From assembly GCA_963700285.1 (NCBI GenBank), contig CAVOXA010000010.1, positions 1 to 64,000 on the forward strand: a stretch of DNA of 64,000 nt, in the 5' to 3' direction. This DNA comes from an uncultured Chloroflexia bacterium (lineage in GTDB: Bacteria; Chloroflexota; Anaerolineae; JAAYZQ01). A program made the position numbers and the translations under genes. Below, in pieces: positions 59,641-64,000 of the stretch. The notes beneath the pieces are model-generated. The model was not told the origin of the DNA. It ran no database searches and worked only from the letters and a program-made list of their open reading frames with translations. Every line of letters starts with the position of its first letter. Position 1 is the first letter of the stretch.

Positions 59641-62199
59641 CTATTGTAAGCTGATCTGCGAGCCCTGCTCTGTCTTGACCACCTCGATGCGGACCGGAAA
59701 GGCGTCCTTTAGTTCTTCGATGTGGGTGATCACCAGGATGCGGGCGAAATCATCCTGGATGGAATTGATAGCTTCAACGAGGCGGCCCCGCCCCTCAGCA
59801 TCCTGGGTACCAAAACCCTCGTCAATGACCAACAGTTGAAGCTGGGCGCCAGCGCGCCGGGCCAACAGCTTGCTCAAGGCGATGCGGATGGCAAAGTTGA
59901 CGCGAAAAGCTTCTCCTCCCGAAAACAGCTCGTAGGGCCGGGTTCCCAGATCGTCGGCAATGTTGATGTCCAGCGTCTCGACAGTATCGCCCTTGAGCGT
60001 TTCGCGCTGGGTCTCAAAGCGGACGTGCATCCGGCCCTCGGTCATGCGCGATAGCAAGTTGTTGGCCTCAAACTCGATCTCGGGGATGGCTGCTTCGATG
60101 ATCATGGCCTGGATGCCTTTCTTGCCAAATGCCAGGCGCAATTCGTCATAGACAGCCTTTTCCTCGGCCCGCTGCTTGCGGCTGGCCTCGTGCCGCGACC
60201 GTTCCTCGGCCAGATAGTGGCAATGGTCCAGTTTCTGCTGGGCCGCACCCAGGGCAAGGCGGGCCCTGGATGACTGGGCCTGGAGTTCATCGACTCCTCG
60301 TGCTCGAGCCTCAACCTCAACCAACACACCCGGCAAACGAGCCACATCGCTGGCCAGTGACTCCCGCTGCTGCCGGTCATCGGCCAGAGATTTCTGCCAG
60401 CGGCTCTGCCGGGTCAGGAGATCCTGCAACGCGGCACGATCCTCGTCCACTCGCTCTTGGGCGGCCTGGAGCTGCCGGTACAGTTCCTCAAAGTCGCCCA
60501 ATTCGGCAGCCTTGGCCTTGGCTGCCTCGTGGGCAATGCGGTCGTAGCCCAAGCGCTCCAGTTCAACGGACAGCCGGGCGAGTTGGGTCTGCTCATCGAC
60601 GGCATAGTCACCCGCCTGCAGGCGGGCCTGTAGCGCGGATAACTCTGCGCCTACTGAGTCCAGGCCGGTTGAAGCTGCCTGAGCCTCCTTGAGAGCCTGC
60701 TCCAGTTGGGCCTCCTGTCGCTGCACCGCAGTCTGCCCTGAGAGTTCATGCTCTAGCCGGCCTATCTCCGCTTGCAGCCTTTGCTGTTCGCGCTCGATCT
60801 CCCGGCCCCGGGCAGAATTCGCCCGGTAACTGTCAGCCAGCGCTCTGCCCTCGCCTTTGATCTGAGACAGCACCTGGTCTCGGTGATCATCGGACAAAGC
60901 CTGGCCACATACGGGGCATTGCGCTTCGCCTGTCTCCCGTTCCAGCAGTTTCATTCTTTCTTCTAGTTCATCGATCTCGCGGCGAAACTGCTGGTTGTGC
61001 ACTTGCAGGCCCGCAGCTTCCTCGGCCAGGGCCTGACTCTGAGTTCGGGCCCCGTCGCGCTGCGCTCCCTGCCCCGCCAGAAGGTCCAGTCGCTCGCGAA
61101 CCTCAGCAAGCCGGCGCTCGTGGAGCGGCAGTTGCGCGGCCCGGCCATCCAATTCCTGAGCCCGCTCGGCCAGGCGCCCCACCTTCAGATCGAGTTGGTG
61201 GCGGGCTGCATCCACCACGCGCTCCATCTCGTGCTGCCGGGTTCGGAGTCGCGTGTACCGAGCCAGCCTTTCATTCCATGTACCCTCGGCATGGCGGGCC
61301 TTGACCAAAGCAGCGTAGCCCTCCTCAACCTGCCGTCGTTCAGCGAGCAGTCTTTCGTTTGCGCCAATGCGTCGCTGCCGCTCAGAGATCTGCGCCTCAA
61401 TCTCGCCCACTTCCTGCTCGGCGCGGGACATCCGCCGCTCCAGGTCTTGCAGGCGAGCCTGCTGGGATTCGAGTGACTGCTGTTCGTGACGGATTTCCCG
61501 CAGTAGGGTCTCTGCCTCCTTGACCGATGCACTCAAGCCGGCTACGAGTTCCATGGCCCGAGCCAGTTCAACCTTGTACTCGGGCTGGCGAGCCAGTTCC
61601 CGATCTACATCCCGGAGCAGTCCGTCCAACTCCGCCACCTGGCGGTCCTTTTCCTTGGCCCTGTCCTTGGCCCGCTGTTCGTACTCGTCATACAGACTCA
61701 AACCTAGGATATCGCCCAGCACTCGCTTCCGCTCGACTGGCGTCCGGGTAGTAAAAGCGTCGGCCTTGCCCTGTAGCAAAAAGGCCGAATTGGTAAAGGT
61801 CTCATAGTCCATGCGGAGTAGGCGGTCGATGGTCGCCTGCGTAGCACGAATCGTAGGCTCGGCGATGGTACCAAACTGGCCATCGTGCTGAACCTGCAGA
61901 TCCAAAAGGGTACGGCCTCGCTTGGCGCTGTCGCGCTTGCGCAGTACGCGGTAGACCAACCCACCCAGGCCAAAGATGAACTCGACCTCCATCTCCGACT
62001 CGCCGAGATGGATTAGCTCGTCGTCACGCTTGGCGCGGGCCTTGCCCCACAGGACCCAGGTCATGGCATCCAGCAAGGCTGACTTGCCATGGCCATTGGC
62101 TCCCGTCAGACAGGCCAGGTGGATGCCGTCAAAAACCAGGGGCGGCACATTGTCACGATAGCACATAAAGTTGCGGACGCGGAGCTGAAGTGGGATCAA
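59641..62199 (-). CDS. sbcC: SbcC/Rad50-like SMC ATPase
   Basis: GANGHGKS, LLQG, CPVC zinc hook, FSGGE, IDEGFG.QD, ITH. Confidence 0.9.
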   Translation of the reverse strand: MIPLQLRVRNFMCYRDNVPPLVFDGIHLACLTGANGHGKSALLDAMTWVLWGKARAKRDDELIHLGESEMEVEFIFGLGGLVYRVLRKRDSAKRGRTLLDLQVQHDGQFGTIAEPTIRATQATIDRLLRMDYETFTNSAFLLQGKADAFTTRTPVERKRVLGDILGLSLYDEYEQRAKDRAKEKDRQVAELDGLLRDVDRELARQPEYKVELARAMELVAGLSASVKEAETLLREIRHEQQSLESQQARLQDLERRMSRAEQEVGEIEAQISERQRRIGANERLLAERRQVEEGYAALVKARHAEGTWNERLARYTRLRTRQHEMERVVDAARHQLDLKVGRLAERAQELDGRAAQLPLHERRLAEVRERLDLLAGQGAQRDGARTQSQALAEEAAGLQVHNQQFRREIDELEERMKLLERETGEAQCPVCGQALSDDHRDQVLSQIKGEGRALADSYRANSARGREIEREQQRLQAEIGRLEHELSGQTAVQRQEAQLEQALKEAQAASTGLDSVGAELSALQARLQAGDYAVDEQTQLARLSVELERLGYDRIAHEAAKAKAAELGDFEELYRQLQAAQERVDEDRAALQDLLTRQSRWQKSLADDRQQRESLASDVARLPGVLVEVEARARGVDELQAQSSRARLALGAAQQKLDHCHYLAEERSRHEASRKQRAEEKAVYDELRLAFGKKGIQAMIIEAAIPEIEFEANNLLSRMTEGRMHVRFETQRETLKGDTVETLDINIADDLGTRPYELFSGGEAFRVNFAIRIALSKLLARRAGAQLQLLVIDEGFGTQDAEGRGRLVEAINSIQDDFARILVITHIEELKDAFPVRIEVVKTEQGSQISLQ

Positions 62200-62230
62200 G
62201 GTTCTCTATATCCTCTGTGATCCAAGTAGG

Positions 62231-62262
62231 GAGGCCCCGGCCACACGTACATGGCCGGGGCC
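62231..62262 (-). terminator. GC-rich hairpin downstream of tRNA-Gly
   Basis: GGCCCCGGCCA-cacgtaca-TGGCCGGGGCC. Confidence 0.5.
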
Positions 62263-62273
62263 GTTGCCCAAGC

Positions 62274-62348
<75 letters not shown>

Positions 62349-62386
62349 ACACTCGGGGCGGTCGGTTCCGAACCGGCCGCATGGAA

Positions 62387-62415
62387 AGTATACCCGATTT
62401 CGGTTCCCCTGTCAA
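62387..62415 (-). promoter_or_regulatory. sigma70 promoter of tRNA-Gly
   Basis: Minus strand TTGACA-17 bp-TATACT. Confidence 0.7.
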
Positions 62416-62435
62416 CAGGGGTTGCCTACGTCTCA

Positions 62436-62657
62436 CTATTTCTTTGTTGCAGCGTGAACGTACTTGACGGCGTGCTTAAAGACAGCGACCTCCAGACCAT
62501 CTTCTCGCTTTAGAAACAGGGTGTATTGATCGTAGGCCTTGAGTACGCCTTGAACCGCTTTCCCATCCAGGAAAGCGATCAGGACTTCTCTGCCCTTCAG
62601 GCCCTGCAGAAACTGGTTCTGCGTCTGCTTTGGCATCTGGGTTGCTTCACTGGACAT
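62436..62657 (-). CDS. hfq: Hfq-like Sm-fold RNA chaperone
   Basis: Q..FL..L...V.I...DG..VQG.L..YDQYTL.L (Sm1) and VFKHAV (Sm2 [Y/F]KHA); RBS AGGAGAG. Confidence 0.72.
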   Translation of the reverse strand: MSSEATQMPKQTQNQFLQGLKGREVLIAFLDGKAVQGVLKAYDQYTLFLKREDGLEVAVFKHAVKYVHAATKK

Positions 62658-62718
62658 CTAGATCTCTCCTGGTATTATAGATTTTGTGGGTGGTTGACAC
62701 CACCACCATTTGTGATAA

Positions 62719-62818
62719 GGTATCTCCGCCCCACCATGTGGCGAGGCCGGAGCCCGTTGAATAAAGCGGGAGACGCACAGGGTGTCTGTCCCGTTCCGGC
62801 CTTAGCAGCGGGGACACC
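62719..62818 (+). ncRNA. Structured non-coding end of the IS110 (candidate bridge/seek RNA)
   Basis: Nested stems GGTATCTCCGC/GCGGGGACACC and AGGCCGGA/TCCGGCCT with internal hairpins, downstream of TTGACA (62694). Confidence 0.45.
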
Positions 62819-62836
62819 CATTTGGAGGTACCAGCT

Positions 62837-64000
62837 ATGAGCCGAAAGAAACGTACTCACCTGCGGGGTGAGCGAGGACAAGCCTTTGCCAACAAGATTC
62901 GAGGCATACCCTTGGAGCAGATCCTGTGCGTCTCCCTGGACATCCACAAGTACTTTCACGTAGTGATGATCCACAATGCCTTGGGCGAGATTGTGATGTC
63001 GACGTTCGAGATTGACATTTTCCAGACCGGGTTTGATTGTCTGTGCCAGGCCATCGACAGGGCGGTGACTCAGACGAATGCCAAGATTGTCTTGGTCGGC
63101 ATGGAGCCGACCGGGCATTACTTTGAGAGTCTGGCCCGACATCTGAACAACAGACCTCAGCCCGTGACGCTGATCAACAGCTTCGCTGTCAGCAGGAACC
63201 GGGACCAGCAGATGATGCATCGAGAGAAGGATGACGAGATCGATACTGCGGCTATTGGCGACCTGCTGCGCCGCGGCGAGGGCACGCCTTTCCAGCCAGT
63301 CAGTGGCATCTATCTGGAAATGCAGCATCTGTCTCGGGTACGACACAGCAAGGTCAAGATGCGGACTGCGTTGAAGAATCAGATCATCGGGCACCTGGAT
63401 CGTATCTTCCCTGGCTTGGTGATCAAGGGCAAAGTGGCCAGGGATCGCTACCAGCCGCTGTTTGTCACCGATTTCTGGTCGTGCCAGACTCTGCAGCACC
63501 TGATCCGTATCTGTCCTGACCCGGGCAAGTTGGCCGCGATGGCGCCCAAGGACCTGAGAAGTGCTTTCCACGAGCAAGGCTCTTCTATGGGTCCCAAGAC
63601 AGCCGCTAAAATCATCATCTATGCCCAGAAAGTGTTGCTGCCTGATCCCGAAGTGATCGCCATCCGCTCCGAGCTCCTGACTCATGATCTGGCTTTGCTG
63701 GAGGAAGTGGAACGGCACATCACCGAACTGGAGGATCGGTTGCACGCCTTGTTGCAGCAGACGCCCTACTGGGTCTGGACCAAAGTCAGGGGTCTCAGTA
63801 TGACCCAGGTAGCCAACTTGGCGGCCGCTATCGGTGCTCCCAGCCATTACACCTATGCGGCCCAGGTCTTTCGCCGCTCTGGCCTGGTAAGTGGCCGCAA
63901 CGATTCGGGCACTCGCCGGCACAAAGGCAAGGGCAAGCGGGTTGTCAAGACCGGCGACGTCTATTTGCGCCGAGACTTGATGACAGCCATCATCTCTTTG
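62837..64000 (+). CDS. IS110 family DEDD recombinase/transposase (3' truncated by the window)
   Basis: SLDIHK, GMEPTGHY, KDDEID (DEDD); C-terminal SGL....DSG serine motif and K.G...LR; 388 codons open; RBS GGAGG. Confidence 0.92.
   Translation, partial: MSRKKRTHLRGERGQAFANKIRGIPLEQILCVSLDIHKYFHVVMIHNALGEIVMSTFEIDIFQTGFDCLCQAIDRAVTQTNAKIVLVGMEPTGHYFESLARHLNNRPQPVTLINSFAVSRNRDQQMMHREKDDEIDTAAIGDLLRRGEGTPFQPVSGIYLEMQHLSRVRHSKVKMRTALKNQIIGHLDRIFPGLVIKGKVARDRYQPLFVTDFWSCQTLQHLIRICPDPGKLAAMAPKDLRSAFHEQGSSMGPKTAAKIIIYAQKVLLPDPEVIAIRSELLTHDLALLEEVERHITELEDRLHALLQQTPYWVWTKVRGLSMTQVANLAAAIGAPSHYTYAAQVFRRSGLVSGRNDSGTRRHKGKGKRVVKTGDVYLRRDLMTAIISL

Larger units (their letters stand above)
62671..64000 (+). 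mobile_element. IS110-family insertion sequence (left end approximate; right part outside the window)
   Basis: About 165 bp non-coding left end followed by an uninterrupted transposase frame to the window end. Confidence 0.85.

Noticed and set aside
62675-63922. 415-aa minus-strand ORF
   Set aside because: Antisense shadow of the IS110 transposase, which is missing from the ORF track only because it runs off the window.

Overview
GC-rich bacterial chromosomal segment. Gene content, Pro/Thr-rich linker envelope proteins and REP-type repeats point to a Chloroflexota (Anaerolineae-like) genome; this is inference. In order it carries: a decayed 1.9 kb zone (M20 peptidase relic and two terminase-like relics flanking a tautomerase gene); an operon for a dehydratase activase, ParB-USP fusion, cysteine desulfurase, CysQ and M1 peptidase; an RsbW/STAS pair with an ECF sigma/anti-sigma and a CARDB lipoprotein; an unannotated 58-aa polyproline ORF; MoxR-DUF58-DUF4129; a LipS1-like radical SAM gene before gcvH-gcvPA-gcvPB; a coaX-coaBC operon with an uncharacterised nucleotidyltransferase and a P1-family hydrolase; xseAB; a MacAB-like exporter; tRNA-Arg; an acyl-CoA dehydrogenase; a LeuC/D/B-like (possibly homoaconitate) cluster; DedA, TPR, LysM-TolB and M23 genes; an unusually elaborated BMP/nucleoside-type ABC importer (duplicated binding domain, ATPase with a ~114-aa hydrophobic insertion); ftsK; sbcC; tRNA-Gly; an Hfq-like gene; and an IS110 element with a structured 5' non-coding end that runs off the window. 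Many clustered single-base frameshifts look like uncorrected sequencing errors. All calls come from reading motifs by eye; no database searches were run.
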